This document shows positions 15,901-26,855 of a stretch of DNA of 29,310 bases, one piece after another. The notes beneath the pieces were generated by a model that saw only the letters and a list, made by a program, of their open reading frames with translations, did no database searches and was not told where the DNA came from. Within the stretch, counting starts at the first letter, position 1. Each line of letters opens with the position of its first letter. Made by a program: the position numbers and the translations under genes. Source of the DNA: Gammaproteobacteria bacterium (lineage in GTDB: Bacteria > Pseudomonadota > Gammaproteobacteria > Arenicellales > DRJH01); NCBI GenBank assembly GCA_011052285.1, contig DRJH01000455.1, positions 1 to 29,310 on the forward strand, read 5' to 3'.

Positions 15901-16355
15901 GGATCGAATACGATGATGGGGTATTTTGTGATAGTACCTGGATGTTTGCAGCACATGGCTTTGTCGATTTTCCGGTTGATCGCTATCGTACGATCGGTAC
16001 TATGCTGAGTTCTGCCGTTCTATATTTTCAGCCGCTAGGCTTTCCTCCCGTTCGGAACACTTGCAGACAACCACAGGTTCGTGTTTCAGCAGCAAACAAT
16101 GCCTGGCAGCGTCTGGGAACCGTATTTACGTACCGGGCTTCTCCCGTAGCAACCACAGTCCGTTCAAATCTCGGAACCGGGGGTCGATATGCAGCGGACG
16201 TCAGCCGAATTGTGAGACGTTGGCTAACCGATGGTGGCGCACATTTCGGATTCAGACTCACTCCGGATCTGGGGCGCCACAATGTCAATACCTCATCCAA
16301 CTGTACCGGCTACTACGGAAATTTTGAACTGGTTCTGGTATTTGGGGATTTCTGA
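12984..16355 (+). CDS. Large secreted multidomain protein with three CARDB-like repeats and a DNRLRE-like C-terminal domain
   Basis: GAGGGA SD before ATG 12984; Sec signal peptide; three 'DL...D....E-SN--NN' units (about 13572-13944, 14574-14995, 15405-15712); C-terminal ADVSRIVRRWLTDGGAHFGFRL. Confidence 0.75.
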   Translation: MMIRNKTIVTLFLIVMALGLSSNQAVTAQVQTHLQGPTSPTASQIRAFCKQYRVAGTKYKARYKAQFSQYCANTSNLPASPQTSFNKPAANPPAAHINQLWMPKCLAKNSQIRVTGQNFSTNTVSCTTEPALALRLFSQTISTLRFQVKTTPQAKSSYRIRCTAGQQTLTSRWVNTCLQKNHTAKTNRVRNMADQQLPDLAGTLALLPPTGTIGNQQQGIRIEYRNLGKGRNSSRFAIEITLSSIQQKHLNTKTAVLFSRKALVRQTLQSNTVPAPGDRHAVFASMRLPKILLPGDYRWCVRLDTRTRIPESNENNNRFCLRQRLGKSPTPSTKRSNIFGNKRPKAPIQAGLQPPFRGGTKPPLQPVRQFLQTLPEGLRTLDGGIPLLVLNRRILGPVSIPITGTAELSWVIPEAAGDQMFLVISENNRYVCPAGPLDTHRTELEALSLSPDAGVKSREDETTLNLGAYGRPRTYYLWGCVIQSGTLTGIKTNIISMRFGFSSATVAGRHLLPRPIPPGSMSIPAQPTARTDLTIREIRKVSDRRLFFWVGATRPGIMNPPLQAFAWKITIINLAQFLSITSSETLATLEGDDRNVFIFQGEGRIREMGLLGIGDMITTNVNNFSSRSWAVLLQINPGPHRPDDPDRVALIVDADRPDYRESNYQNNNKTMIIGNLHTNSLGILGLNVVNSGPGWAIFSLHYLKRTFDAIVVKLLLRNRDADPRHDLKIDCTNGPEGYSFITAEFGERIAYFHCRRPDGAPVSFVYSQAIARLDAAYPPPHTTRRYAYRTYNIDLDWSQPNRPGPSLSDLVAGINRVETGVAGFGGTIEVSITNHGVVTARNVSSRFGLSTIDGLRRYARWLIFPEIRVGQTLTQTIQIPGRIEHVSGNIAGWVVDPDNREVESNETNNILDRTMPGARRIGQVSLTSSSVATGKFTGLQDRRGVCPDAVGGHTWPTQLRASPRNQVVLVGYRIEYDDGVFCDSTWMFAAHGFVDFPVDRYRTIGTMLSSAVLYFQPLGFPPVRNTCRQPQVRVSAANNAWQRLGTVFTYRASPVATTVRSNLGTGGRYAADVSRIVRRWLTDGGAHFGFRLTPDLGRHNVNTSSNCTGYYGNFELVLVFGDF

Positions 16356-16356
16356 C

Positions 16357-17349
16357 CTAGCAGGCTGCCCGATGTACCACTGCACTGGCTTCTGCAAAAT
16401 GGCAGGCCACCTGGCGGCCATCGAATAATCGTGATTCCGGGACTTGTTGTTGGCAGAGCTTTTGGGCATGTGCACAGCGCCCGTGAAATGTACAACCGGA
16501 GGGAGGGTCGAGTGGTGAAGGAATCTCACCGCTTAAGACCACGCGTTTGGCACGCCGGGCTGGATCAACAAAGGGGGTACTGGCCAACAGGGCCTGCGTG
16601 TAGGGATGTACCGGCCTGGAGAATATCACCTCACTTAACCCCTGTTCGACGGTACGCCCCAAATACATTACCATGACTTCATCAGCGATATGTTCGACTA
16701 CGCTAAGGCCATGGGAGATGAAAAGATACGCCAGATTGAATTCATCCTGCAAATCCATCATCAAATTCAGGATCTGGGCCTGAATGGAGACATCCAGTGC
16801 CGATACCGGCTCATCCGCCACCACCACCTTCGGTTGCAGCATCAGCGCCCGGGCGATGGCAATGCGCTGACGTTGCCCACCGGAGAACATATGTGGATAA
16901 CGGCCATAATATTCAGCCCGCAAGCCAACTCGTTGTAGCATGGAGAGCGCTTTATCACGACGTTCGCTGGCCGATAGGTCAGTATTAATCTGCAGTGGCT
17001 CTTCCAGAATACTGCCAACCTGCTGACGGGGATTAAGGGAGCCATAAGGGTCCTGAAAAACAATTTGCACCGTAGAACGCAGCTGCTGCAACTGTGATTT
17101 CCCGGCACCGATAATATCCGTCCCGGTAATACGCAAAGAACCCGACGTCGGTGGCTCAATCATGGTAATCAGTCGTGCCAGCGTCGACTTGCCACAGCCG
17201 GACTCACCAACCACCGCCAGGGTTTGACCCGCTTCGACAGTGAAACTGGCACCATCAAGTGCTTTTAGTGTGCGAGGTGCAGTCAACAAACCGCCACGCA
17301 CCTTGTAATACCGTGCCAGATTCTCAGCCTGGACGACAGAGACGGTCAC
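16357..17349 (-). CDS. dppF: Dipeptide ABC transporter ATP-binding protein DppF
   Basis: [26 protein letters not shown]-terminal oligo_HPY Cys motif; GTG start overlapping the dppD stop (GTGA). Confidence 0.93.
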   Translation of the reverse strand: MTVSVVQAENLARYYKVRGGLLTAPRTLKALDGASFTVEAGQTLAVVGESGCGKSTLARLITMIEPPTSGSLRITGTDIIGAGKSQLQQLRSTVQIVFQDPYGSLNPRQQVGSILEEPLQINTDLSASERRDKALSMLQRVGLRAEYYGRYPHMFSGGQRQRIAIARALMLQPKVVVADEPVSALDVSIQAQILNLMMDLQDEFNLAYLFISHGLSVVEHIADEVMVMYLGRTVEQGLSEVIFSRPVHPYTQALLASTPFVDPARRAKRVVLSGEIPSPLDPPSGCTFHGRCAHAQKLCQQQVPESRLFDGRQVACHFAEASAVVHRAAC

Positions 17350-18305
17350 TTCGTTGCTCCCTGTAACGGAAAATGGCAACGTACTCTAGCCTGACCGGTG
17401 GTTAGCAACGGTGGGATTTTCTGATAGCACAGATCTTGTGCAAACTGGCAACGTGGGCTAAACAGGCAGCCCCGTGGACGATCAAAGGGGCCAGGCACCA
17501 CCCCAGCTATGGTAGGCAAGCGTCGACAACCTCGACTGCGCTCGGGCAAAGCATCCAACAAAGCACGCGTGTAGGGATGTGATGGCAGGGTGAACAGCTG
17601 ATTGACTCCCTGTTCCTCGACGACCTGTCCGGCATACATTACGATGACCCGTTGCGCGGTTTCTGCAATCACCCCCATATCATGAGTGATCAATAGCAGG
17701 CCCATTTTGGTCTGCTGCTGCAATTCCAGCAACAGATCGAGAATCTGCGCCTGGATAGTGACATCAAGCGCAGTAGTTGGCTCGTCGGCAATCAGCAACC
17801 GAGGATTACAGGCGATCGCCATCGCAATCATTACCCGTTGATTCATACCACCCGACATCTGATGTGGAAACGATGACAGTCGCGACTTGGGTGAGGGAAT
17901 CCCGACTTGCTCGAACAGGTCGATGCAACGTTCGATGCGTTGCTTGCGATCCCCCGGTTCATGCACCTTCAATGCCTCCATAATCTGAAAACCGACCGTA
18001 AAACAGGGATTAAGACTGGTCATGGGCTCCTGAAAGATCATGGCCACTTCTTTACCGGTCATTTTACGCCGTGCCTTGTCGGACAGTTGCAACATATCCT
18101 GGGAATCGAAATTAAGCTGCCGGGCACTGACTACACCCGGAAAAGGAATCAGTCCCATGACTGCAAGCATAGAGACGCTTTTACCGGAGCCGGATTCACC
18201 CACTACGCCCAGTACTTCACCAGAGTCAAGCTTGAGACTGACCTGATCGACCGCTTGAAAATCACCAAAGCGGACACTTAAATGCTCAATCTCCAGCAAG
18301 GCCAT
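17346..18305 (-). CDS. dppD: Dipeptide ABC transporter ATP-binding protein DppD
   Basis: [40 protein letters not shown]. Confidence 0.93.
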   Translation of the reverse strand: MALLEIEHLSVRFGDFQAVDQVSLKLDSGEVLGVVGESGSGKSVSMLAVMGLIPFPGVVSARQLNFDSQDMLQLSDKARRKMTGKEVAMIFQEPMTSLNPCFTVGFQIMEALKVHEPGDRKQRIERCIDLFEQVGIPSPKSRLSSFPHQMSGGMNQRVMIAMAIACNPRLLIADEPTTALDVTIQAQILDLLLELQQQTKMGLLLITHDMGVIAETAQRVIVMYAGQVVEEQGVNQLFTLPSHPYTRALLDALPERSRGCRRLPTIAGVVPGPFDRPRGCLFSPRCQFAQDLCYQKIPPLLTTGQARVRCHFPLQGATK

Positions 18306-18307
18306 TA

Positions 18308-19222
18308 TTAAAGCTTCAGCTTGGGGTCGAGGGCATCACGCAGACCATCACCCATGAGATTAAAGGCCAGTACCACCAGCAAAATGGCCAAACCGGGAAA
18401 AGTAACCACCCACCAGGCCCGTTGAATAAACTGCAGGGCATTGGATAACATGGTCCCCCACTCCGGTGTAGGTGGTTGCGCACCCATGCCAAGAAAACCC
18501 AGGGCGGCCAGGTCCAGTACTGCGTTGGAAAAACCCAACGTGCCCTGCACAATTAACGGCGCCATACAATTGGGCAAAACGGTCACGAACATCAATCGCA
18601 AGGTGCCGGCACCACTGACCCGGGCCGCCGTCACATAATCGCGGGTGGTTTCGTTGATCACCTGAGCTCGGGTCAGGCGTACAAAATGCGGCAGTTGCAC
18701 GATCACAACAGCCATTGCGGCATTGACCAGACTAGGCCCGAGGATCGCCACGATAACGATGGCCATCAACAGGCTTGGCAGCGTCAACATGATGTCCATG
18801 ATGCGCATGATGATGATTTCACTGATGCCGCGAAAAAAACCGGCGACCAGACCCAACACAATCCCACTAAGCAGGGCCACAATAACCACCATAAAACCAA
18901 CCGAGAGGCTCAACCGGGCGCCATACATAATCCGGGCCAGAATATCACGGCCGATATCGTCGGTGCCCAGCAAAAACCGGGTCGAACCCCCATCGGCCCA
19001 GGATGGTGGTACCAGCAAGGCATCACGGTATTGTTCATCCGGTGGATGTGGAGAGATCCAGCCCGCCAGTACCGCCATGGCCACCAATAAAATAATGACC
19101 ACCAGTCCGATCAAGGCACCGCGGTTACTGGCAAAGGAACGCCAGAACACCAGCAATGGGTGTGGTGGCTGTTGCTGCTGCTGTTGATTGGCCAGCGACA
19201 GGTCAGATACCGGCATGGTCAT
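18308..19222 (-). CDS. dppC: Dipeptide ABC transporter permease DppC
   Basis: [26 protein letters not shown]-like loop [18 protein letters not shown]. Confidence 0.93.
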   Translation of the reverse strand: MTMPVSDLSLANQQQQQQPPHPLLVFWRSFASNRGALIGLVVIILLVAMAVLAGWISPHPPDEQYRDALLVPPSWADGGSTRFLLGTDDIGRDILARIMYGARLSLSVGFMVVIVALLSGIVLGLVAGFFRGISEIIIMRIMDIMLTLPSLLMAIVIVAILGPSLVNAAMAVVIVQLPHFVRLTRAQVINETTRDYVTAARVSGAGTLRLMFVTVLPNCMAPLIVQGTLGFSNAVLDLAALGFLGMGAQPPTPEWGTMLSNALQFIQRAWWVVTFPGLAILLVVLAFNLMGDGLRDALDPKLKL

Positions 19223-20226
19223 TTGCGTCGAATCCGCGGATTGATCAGACCATAGAGCATATCGACCAGCAGGTTGATGGTCATCACCACGGTAGCAATC
19301 AACAACACCCCGCCTTGCAGTACCGGGTAATCACGTCGTCGCACCGATTCCACCAACCACTTACCCACTCCGGGCCAGGCAAAAATGGTTTCGGTCAGGA
19401 TCGCACCTGCAAATAATACACCCACCTGTAGACCGATCACGGTCACGACCGGGATCAGGGCATTACGCAAACCATGCAGGCCAATCACACGCAAGGGACT
19501 CAAGCCTTTGGCCCGTGCAGTGCGAATATAGTCTTCGCTCAACACCTCCAGCATCGAGGATCGGGTCATTCTGGCGATTACGGCCAGGGGGATGGTGCCC
19601 AGTGCCAATGCCGGCAATATCAGGTGACTGACCGCAGAGGTGAAGGCACCCCGATCATCGGACAACAAACTATCAATGAGCATAAAACCGGTCACCGGTT
19701 CAACATCAAACATTACCGAAATTCGACCCGATACCGGGGTCCAACCCAGGTAGACCGAAAAATACAACATCAGCAGCAGTGCCCACCAGAAGATGGGCAT
19801 GGAATAGCCGGCAAGTGAGATACCCATGGTTGAATAATCGAATATCGAACCCCGTTTGACCGCCGCCAGCACACCCATTGGCATACCGATCAGAACAGCA
19901 AAAAAGATTGCGAATAATGACAGCTCGACGGTAGCCGGAAACAGGGTAAAGAACTCTTTGATAACCGGCTCCTTGGTCACAATCGATCGTCCCAGATCAC
20001 CGTGCAGGACATTGGTGATGTAGATACCGTACTGGGTCAATAGTGGTTTATCCAGGCCCAAATCAGCACGTAACATGGCATGACGTGCAGGGTCGATGCC
20101 GCGCTCACCCACCAATAGTTCAATCGGGTCCCCCGGCACCAGACGGATCAGCGCAAAACTCAACAGGGTGACCCCAATAAAGGTCGGAATCACCAGGCTG
20201 ACCCGGGTCAGAAAAAATTTAAACAT
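19219..20226 (-). CDS. dppB: Dipeptide ABC transporter permease DppB
   Basis: LVPGDP, FPATVELS, RMTRSSMLEVLSEDYIRTARAKGL, RDYPVLQG. Confidence 0.94.
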   Translation of the reverse strand: MFKFFLTRVSLVIPTFIGVTLLSFALIRLVPGDPIELLVGERGIDPARHAMLRADLGLDKPLLTQYGIYITNVLHGDLGRSIVTKEPVIKEFFTLFPATVELSLFAIFFAVLIGMPMGVLAAVKRGSIFDYSTMGISLAGYSMPIFWWALLLMLYFSVYLGWTPVSGRISVMFDVEPVTGFMLIDSLLSDDRGAFTSAVSHLILPALALGTIPLAVIARMTRSSMLEVLSEDYIRTARAKGLSPLRVIGLHGLRNALIPVVTVIGLQVGVLFAGAILTETIFAWPGVGKWLVESVRRRDYPVLQGGVLLIATVVMTINLLVDMLYGLINPRIRRK

Positions 20227-20246
20227 GGGATGGAAACTTTATGCAG

Positions 20247-20281
20247 AAAAATGGCCACCAGGAAGGCTCTCCCGGTGACCA
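20247..20281 (-). terminator. Intrinsic terminator/attenuator between dppA and dppB
   Basis: On the minus strand TGGTCACCGGGA-(6 nt)-TCCTGGTGGCCA forms a 12-bp stem with two G-U pairs, followed by T5. Confidence 0.7.
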
Positions 20282-20324
20282 CTTTTGTGTCAGTGGATTT
20301 CTGAAAATTGTGGGTTTCTGTAGA

Positions 20325-21920
20325 TTATTTCAGATCCACGCCATAGAACTCATGACCACCAAAGGGGTCAATCTTGTAACCCACCACCTTATTGCTCATC
20401 GGCATATAGACGATGGAATGGGCTATCGTGATCCATGGGGCCTGTTCCTTAAATACCACCTGGGCTTTTTTGTACAATTCGGTGCGCTTGGCGATATCCG
20501 TTGTACGCTTGGCCTGTATCAACAGGTCATTAAAGGGCTTGTAGCACCAGCGTGCACGGTTGGCGCCATTGTTGGCTGCTGCACAACCTAACAATACATA
20601 CATGAAATTGTCCGGATCACCGTTATCACCGGTCCAACCCAACAGTACCGTCTGATGCTCGCCGGCCTTGGAGCGCTTCAGGTATTCACCCCATTCATAG
20701 GTTACGATCTTGGCCTTGACCCCGACCTTGGCCCAATCGGCCTGGATAATTTCAGCCATGCGCCGAGCATTGGGATTGTAGGGGCGTTGTACCGGCATGG
20801 CCCAGATGTCCGTTGTAAAGCCATTCGGGTATCCCGCCTCTGCGAGCAGGGCTTTGGCCTTGGCCGGGTCATATGGATAGTCCTTGACGGCATCGTTATA
20901 GGACCAGATGGTCGGTGGAATCGGATTCTTGGCAATCTTGCCGGCACCCTGGAACACCGCGTCGATGATAGCCTGTTTGTTGGTGGCCATATTCAAAGCC
21001 TGACGAACTCTGACATCGGTAAACGGCTTTTTCTCGGTATTGAATGCCAGATAACCGACATTCAGACCTTCTTGCTGCAGCAGGGTGATGTTAGGATCTT
21101 TCTTGATGGAAGCGATATCCGCCGGATTGGGATACGGCATGACTTGGCATTCACCAGCCTTGAGTTTGGCGTAGCGAACTGCCGCATCCGGAGTGATCGC
21201 GAATACCAGCTTATCAATACTGGCCTTACCAGCCCAATAATCCGGATTTGCCTTGTAACGAATAATCGCATCTTTCTGATAGCTGGTCAGTTGAAATGGG
21301 CCGGTACCCACCGGATCCTGATCTATTTTATTTGGCGTCCCGGCGGCACGCATCTTTGCTGCATATTCGGCGGACATAATCGAAGCAAAATCCATGGCCA
21401 TATCCGCCAGGAAAGGTGCTTCCGGAGTATTTAGGGTAAATTTAACGGTATAGTCATCGACTTTTTTAATGCTCTTCAATAACTTGGGCATGTCCATGCC
21501 ATTGAAATATTCATAAGTACCACCGGACAGCTTATAGTCGGGGTTGGTTTTGAGCCACTGCCGGTTAAAACTGTAGAGCACATCATCGGCATTAAAATCA
21601 CGACTGGGTGTGAAATTTTTAGTGGTCTGAAATTTCACGCCCTTACGCAAATGGAAGGTGTAGCTGAGACCATCAGCCGAAGCCTCCCAGGAGGAAGCCA
21701 GTCCCGGCTCAATCTGGGTGGTGCCACGCTTGAACTGCACCAGCCTGTCAAAGATAGTGTGTGAAGACGCATCAAACGTGGTGCCTGATGTGTAGAGGGA
21801 GGGATTGAAGCCTTCCGGACTGCCCTCGGAACAATAGACCAGCGTTTTTGCCGCCACAGAAGCTGCAAAGCCCATAGATACCGCAGTGCTAACTGCCAGG
21901 ATAAGTGATCGATGTCGCAT
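20325..21920 (-). CDS. dppA: Dipeptide ABC transporter substrate-binding protein DppA
   Basis: KTLVYCSEGSPEGFNP, PVGTGPF, WAMPVQRPYNPNARRMAE, GWTGDNGDPDNF; start at ATG 21920 (GAGGG SD), with signal peptide. Confidence 0.95.
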   Translation of the reverse strand: MRHRSLILAVSTAVSMGFAASVAAKTLVYCSEGSPEGFNPSLYTSGTTFDASSHTIFDRLVQFKRGTTQIEPGLASSWEASADGLSYTFHLRKGVKFQTTKNFTPSRDFNADDVLYSFNRQWLKTNPDYKLSGGTYEYFNGMDMPKLLKSIKKVDDYTVKFTLNTPEAPFLADMAMDFASIMSAEYAAKMRAAGTPNKIDQDPVGTGPFQLTSYQKDAIIRYKANPDYWAGKASIDKLVFAITPDAAVRYAKLKAGECQVMPYPNPADIASIKKDPNITLLQQEGLNVGYLAFNTEKKPFTDVRVRQALNMATNKQAIIDAVFQGAGKIAKNPIPPTIWSYNDAVKDYPYDPAKAKALLAEAGYPNGFTTDIWAMPVQRPYNPNARRMAEIIQADWAKVGVKAKIVTYEWGEYLKRSKAGEHQTVLLGWTGDNGDPDNFMYVLLGCAAANNGANRARWCYKPFNDLLIQAKRTTDIAKRTELYKKAQVVFKEQAPWITIAHSIVYMPMSNKVVGYKIDPFGGHEFYGVDLK

Positions 21921-22092
21921 AAAATAACCCTCGTTCATTGCTGTTTTTTAATTTCTCAACGCAGGCCACCGACAAAGCCTCGGCACCTGCTCATCACTGA
22001 GCAAACCTTAACACTGAAAATACGGCAAGCCAACAGTTTTAGACTATAATCGGGCCACATTCTTTCCATCGACACGGTTTATTAGAAACACC

Positions 22093-24309
22093 ATGAATTT
22101 GTTTACCCGTCTACACCCCGCAGCAGCAAGCATAAAATATGGCTTACGCCCTCTCAAGCTGTTGCTCACCGTGCTACTTCTGATCACCACAGTCACTGCC
22201 ACGGCTGCAACTTTAGCCAATATCAAATTGGTCGATGCCAAAGACCTGTACCCTTCTGCTGATGAGGCACTGGCTGCACATTTTGTGGTATATTTTTTAC
22301 GCCAGGGGCATTACCGAAAAGTTCCTCTCGATGATGCTATGTCCGGAAAAATTCTTAAGCGGTACATCGGTGCGCTGGATCCATCACGCAGTTTCTTTTC
22401 TGCGGCTGACATTCGTTCCTTTGCCCGCTACCGAAATAGTCTTGACGATGCGTTGAAACGCGGCCAACTCAATCCTCCGTTTAAAATTTTCAAAAAATTC
22501 CGAAAACGCGTCAAGCAACGTGTGACCTATGCCTTGTCCCTCCTGCAACAAAACCTGCCCATGGATGGCACTGACACCCTACTACTGGACCGTAGCAAAG
22601 CTGCTTGGCCAAATGACGCTGTGGCACTGGACAGGATCTGGAGAAAACGGGTTATCAACGATATCATCGCCCTGAAACTGGCTGATAAGAAAAAGAAATC
22701 CATCACTGAAACCCTAAAGAAACGCTATCAGCGCCTGCAGCGACGCACCTTTCAATTGACCCGGGATGATGTTTTTCAACTTTTTATCAACAGTTACACC
22801 CAATCATTGGAGCCTCATACCGGTTTTCTTTCGCCCCGCTCTTCGGAAAATTTTCGAATTCGCATGAGCCTGTCGCTGGAAGGTATCGGCGCGGTGCTGG
22901 CGGCGGACAAGGATTACACGGTAGTTCGTCGTATTGTCAAAGGCGGTGCCGCCGATCTGGGCAATGAATTACACCCCGGCGACCGGATTATCGGCGTCGG
23001 CCAGGGGCCCCAGGGCAGCATAACTGACATCATTGGCTGGCGGCTCGACGATGTCGTCGATAAGATTCGCGGCCCTCGAAATACAGTAGTTCGCCTTGAA
23101 ATTCTGCCGGCAGAAACCGGTCTTGGCGGCAAATCAAAAACAATTGCCATTACCCGTGACCGGATCAAACTCGAAGAACAGGCCGCTCAGAAATCACTTA
23201 TCACCGTATCCGACTCATCTAGTGAGTCAAAACGCTTCGGCGTCATCACCCTACCAACATTTTATCTGGACTTTGCAGCCAAGGCCCGAGGTGAAAAGAA
23301 TTATCGCAGCACCACTCGTGATGTCAGTCGCTTGATTCGCGAACTGGAACGGGAGGCTATCGATGGTCTGATCATCGACCTGCGCGGCAATAGCGGCGGT
23401 TCATTATCTGAAGTCACCAGTCTCACCGGCTTGTTTATCCCGACCGGCCCTGTGGTACAGATTCGTGATGCCCGCGGTAATATTCAGGTCGATAATGATC
23501 CTGATGCTTCAATCCTGTACAAAGGGCCGTTGGCAGTATTGGTTGACCATGGCAGCGCCTCCGCTTCTGAAATTTTTGCCGGGGCGATACAGGATTATGA
23601 TCGTGGTATTATTATCGGCGAAACATCGTTTGGTAAGGGTACCGTACAAAACCTGATATCACTGGATCGCTACGCACCGGGAAATCACAAACTGGGGCAG
23701 TTAAAAATGACCACAGCGCAATTTTTTCGTATCGATGGTGGAAGCACCCAGCTGCGTGGCGTAGAACCGGATGTGCGCATGCCGATCACCTCTTCCCACA
23801 GTAGGTTTGGAGAACGAACCCTGGATAATGCCCTACCCTGGATCACTATTCCTGGGACTCGTTACCAACCATGGAATGACCGATTATTGGCCAAAACTTT
23901 TCCCTTGATCCGACAAAAACACCAACAGCGTATGCGGTCAAATCCTGCGCTGATTCTGATCAGCCGGGAAATCGCCAGTATCAACACCTTAAACCAACAA
24001 AAGACCCTGTCATTATCCTTGCAAAAGCGCCGCCAGAAAATGAAACAGGACGAAGCAGAGCGTAAAGTTCGCAATGAAAAACTTAAAAAACTTTTTTCAG
24101 CTTCCAATTTGAAAAATCTGATTACCAACGATCAACTGATAAATGAGCGTGACAATAGTGCGCCCACCACACCAGAAATAACCGCTGCCTTCATACTGCA
24201 AGAAGCTGCCAGAACACTATCGGACAGCCTTTTTGTAGCGACTTCCTCCCTCCCCGCCGTAGCCAGTCAAAGCAATAATCAAACATCAGGCAACACAGTG
24301 GCACAATAA
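22093..24309 (+). CDS. prc: Carboxy-terminal processing (tail-specific) protease Prc, S41A
   Basis: PDZ segment (LEGIGAVL...GG.A), [49 protein letters not shown]. Confidence 0.93.
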   Translation: MNLFTRLHPAAASIKYGLRPLKLLLTVLLLITTVTATAATLANIKLVDAKDLYPSADEALAAHFVVYFLRQGHYRKVPLDDAMSGKILKRYIGALDPSRSFFSAADIRSFARYRNSLDDALKRGQLNPPFKIFKKFRKRVKQRVTYALSLLQQNLPMDGTDTLLLDRSKAAWPNDAVALDRIWRKRVINDIIALKLADKKKKSITETLKKRYQRLQRRTFQLTRDDVFQLFINSYTQSLEPHTGFLSPRSSENFRIRMSLSLEGIGAVLAADKDYTVVRRIVKGGAADLGNELHPGDRIIGVGQGPQGSITDIIGWRLDDVVDKIRGPRNTVVRLEILPAETGLGGKSKTIAITRDRIKLEEQAAQKSLITVSDSSSESKRFGVITLPTFYLDFAAKARGEKNYRSTTRDVSRLIRELEREAIDGLIIDLRGNSGGSLSEVTSLTGLFIPTGPVVQIRDARGNIQVDNDPDASILYKGPLAVLVDHGSASASEIFAGAIQDYDRGIIIGETSFGKGTVQNLISLDRYAPGNHKLGQLKMTTAQFFRIDGGSTQLRGVEPDVRMPITSSHSRFGERTLDNALPWITIPGTRYQPWNDRLLAKTFPLIRQKHQQRMRSNPALILISREIASINTLNQQKTLSLSLQKRRQKMKQDEAERKVRNEKLKKLFSASNLKNLITNDQLINERDNSAPTTPEITAAFILQEAARTLSDSLFVATSSLPAVASQSNNQTSGNTVAQ

Positions 24310-24350
24310 TTCGTGGCATCATCTTTCTAACTTCGCATACCCCTCTTACT

Positions 24351-25634
24351 ATGAAATTTTCTGATTTCGGGACCAAATTTGTTGAGCACTGTGGTATCCG
24401 CCAACTCATGGATGATCTGGGCAATGCCATGCGCCATGGCCAGGATATTATGATGCTAGGTGGCGGCAACCCAGCCTATATTCCAGCGGTGCAGCAACGC
24501 TTTCGACAAGCTATGGGACACATTCTGGAACGTGGCGATCGTTTTGAACACATGATTGGCGATTACGATGCCCCACAGGGTAATGCGGATTTCGTCCGCG
24601 CGCTGGTAAACTTATTCAACCGTCATTACGACTGGGGTCTTGGGCCGGAGAATATTGCCATCACTAATGGCAGTCAACATGCTTTTTTTCTGCTGTTCAA
24701 TCTCTTCGGAGGCCTGCGTCAGGGTCAGAATCGACGTATTCTGTTGCCGATGACGCCTGAATACATCGGGTACAGTGATCTGGGTCTTTCAGAACAACTC
24801 TTTACGGCTCGCAAACCCAATATCGTACACGGTGAAGATCGTTTTTTTAAATACCACATTGATCCATCGCAGCTGAACGTAGATCAGGATACCGCCGCAA
24901 TCTGTGTATCGCGACCCACCAATCCTACCGGCAATGTGCTGACCAATGCGGAGGTACGGATTCTTTCTGATCTGGCTAAAAAACATGGCCTACCGCTCAT
25001 TATCGACAATGCGTACGGTATGCCCTTCCCCAGTATCATCTTTGATGATGTTTCACCGGTCTGGGAACCCCATATCGTCCTTAGCATGAGCTTGTCCAAG
25101 CTGGGATTACCTGGCGTTCGGACCGGGATTGTTATCGCCAACAAAACCATCATTAACGCCATCACTAACCTCAATGCCGTACTGGCTCTGTCGATCGGTA
25201 GTATCGGCCCGACCCTGGCCTGTGACCTGATTGAAAGCGGAGAAATTCTCACCCTAAGCCAACAGGTGATACGCCCCTTCTATCAGCAGCGGGCGGAACA
25301 AGCTGTTCGCTGGGTAGATGAGGCCATGGGGGACTGCCCTTGTTTGATTCATCAACCGGAAGGAGCCATTTTTCTGTGGCTATGGTTCCCGGACTTGCCC
25401 ATCAGTTGCCAAGCGCTCTATGAGCGACTGAAACAACGTAATGTACTGGTCATACCCGGCCATCACTTCTTTCCCGGCCTGGAAGAACAATGGCAACATC
25501 GTCACGAGTGTATCCGCATCACCTACTCCCAGGACCCGGAAATGGTCAAACAGGGTATTCGTATAATCAGCGAAGAAGTCAAACGCGCCTACGACGAGGC
25601 ATCGGTGGACTGGCCATCGCGGCGTTCCTTGTAA
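24351..25634 (+). CDS. avtA: Valine--pyruvate transaminase
   Basis: MKFS.FG.KF....[57 protein letters not shown]. Confidence 0.92.
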   Translation: MKFSDFGTKFVEHCGIRQLMDDLGNAMRHGQDIMMLGGGNPAYIPAVQQRFRQAMGHILERGDRFEHMIGDYDAPQGNADFVRALVNLFNRHYDWGLGPENIAITNGSQHAFFLLFNLFGGLRQGQNRRILLPMTPEYIGYSDLGLSEQLFTARKPNIVHGEDRFFKYHIDPSQLNVDQDTAAICVSRPTNPTGNVLTNAEVRILSDLAKKHGLPLIIDNAYGMPFPSIIFDDVSPVWEPHIVLSMSLSKLGLPGVRTGIVIANKTIINAITNLNAVLALSIGSIGPTLACDLIESGEILTLSQQVIRPFYQQRAEQAVRWVDEAMGDCPCLIHQPEGAIFLWLWFPDLPISCQALYERLKQRNVLVIPGHHFFPGLEEQWQHRHECIRITYSQDPEMVKQGIRIISEEVKRAYDEASVDWPSRRSL

Positions 25635-25882
25635 ATGAAGTACAGGTTGCGGGCATAAATAAATAGTCCTGTGAACTGACCCACAATAAATACCGGGTCA
25701 CGGCGATAAATGGCATAGGTCAGAAGAACGACACCGCCGGATAGGCTGAAATACCAGAATGCCAATGGAATGACAGAGCGGCGAAGCTTCTCACTGTGCA
25801 ACCACTGTATTAAAAAGCGCATGGAAAAGAGGCCTTGACCAAGAAAGCCCACGGCCAGCCACCAGGAATTCATTGTACCCAT
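25589..25882 (-). CDS. Lipid A biosynthesis N-terminal domain (LAB_N) membrane protein
   Basis: [46 protein letters not shown] signature. Confidence 0.88.
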   Translation of the reverse strand: MGTMNSWWLAVGFLGQGLFSMRFLIQWLHSEKLRRSVIPLAFWYFSLSGGVVLLTYAIYRRDPVFIVGQFTGLFIYARNLYFIYKERRDGQSTDASS

Positions 25883-25884
25883 GT

Positions 25885-26634
25885 TTACTCCAACTCTTCG
25901 ACTGCAGTGATCCGGGAACGACGCTTGAGCCAGTACACCCCGGCAAGATCAACAAGCCCGGCCCACAAGCGATTGTTGAGTCCATATTTAGACACTCCAC
26001 GCTGGCGGCTGCGGTGGGCTACCGGTACAGACACCACTTCAAACCCGGCCCGACGAACCAGCGCCGGCAAAAAGCGGTGCATATGATCGAAATACGGCAG
26101 ACCAAGGAACAACTGCCGCTGAAACAGTTTTAGCCCACAACCGGTATCCGGTGTGGCATCACCCAGGATCGAGGAGCGAACCACATTGGCAATCCGTGAT
26201 GACAGCCGTTTGATCCAATCGTCATGACGTGATTTTCGCCAGCCTGCCAGCATTCCAACCTGCTCTGATTGGCGTTGCGGATGTTGCCAAAGGGTGGCAA
26301 TCTCGGCCGGTGGATTCTGACCATCACCGTCCAGGGTCACGATCCACTCTCCCCTCGCAGCCATAATTCCCGAACAAATAGCCGTGCTCTGGCCACTACG
26401 TTGTTGATGCCGTAGCACGCGCAAACGTGGATAACGCGTCAATAATTGTCGCAATAGAACTTCACTGCCATCGACACTGCAGTCATCTACGTAGAGTACC
26501 TCGTAACCGATATCAAACGGCTCTATAACCGTGATGATTTCCTGCAACAGTGGCTCGATATTGTCCTGCTCGTTGTAGACCGGCACGACCACCGAAAGAA
26601 CAATGGCACTGCCTGGCTCGTTGCTCGAACCCAT
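25885..26634 (-). CDS. Glycosyltransferase family 2 (ArnC/polyprenol-phosphate glycosyltransferase-like)
   Basis: LSVVVPVYNE, VDDCSVD, LDGDGQNPP (DxD), DTGCGLKLF, HRFLPAL, HRSRQRGVSKYG. Start probably ATG 26634 (GAGG SD). Confidence 0.9.
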   Translation of the reverse strand: MGSSNEPGSAIVLSVVVPVYNEQDNIEPLLQEIITVIEPFDIGYEVLYVDDCSVDGSEVLLRQLLTRYPRLRVLRHQQRSGQSTAICSGIMAARGEWIVTLDGDGQNPPAEIATLWQHPQRQSEQVGMLAGWRKSRHDDWIKRLSSRIANVVRSSILGDATPDTGCGLKLFQRQLFLGLPYFDHMHRFLPALVRRAGFEVVSVPVAHRSRQRGVSKYGLNNRLWAGLVDLAGVYWLKRRSRITAVEELE

Positions 26635-26855
26635 TAGAACCTCAGGTGTGAAAGACAGAAAATGAATTCCCAAACTACGCAGTGTAGACAATTACACCGG
26701 CATATGGGTGACAAGCGGCGGGATTCTAGCAAATTTATGTTCGTACGTCCTGATATCTCGGCCATCAATTATGACTGTCACCATGAAAGCTCTGCTACAT
26801 CCACACACGCAAAGACCAAATAGCAGGAATATACCACCCAGGAACATGTCGCCGA

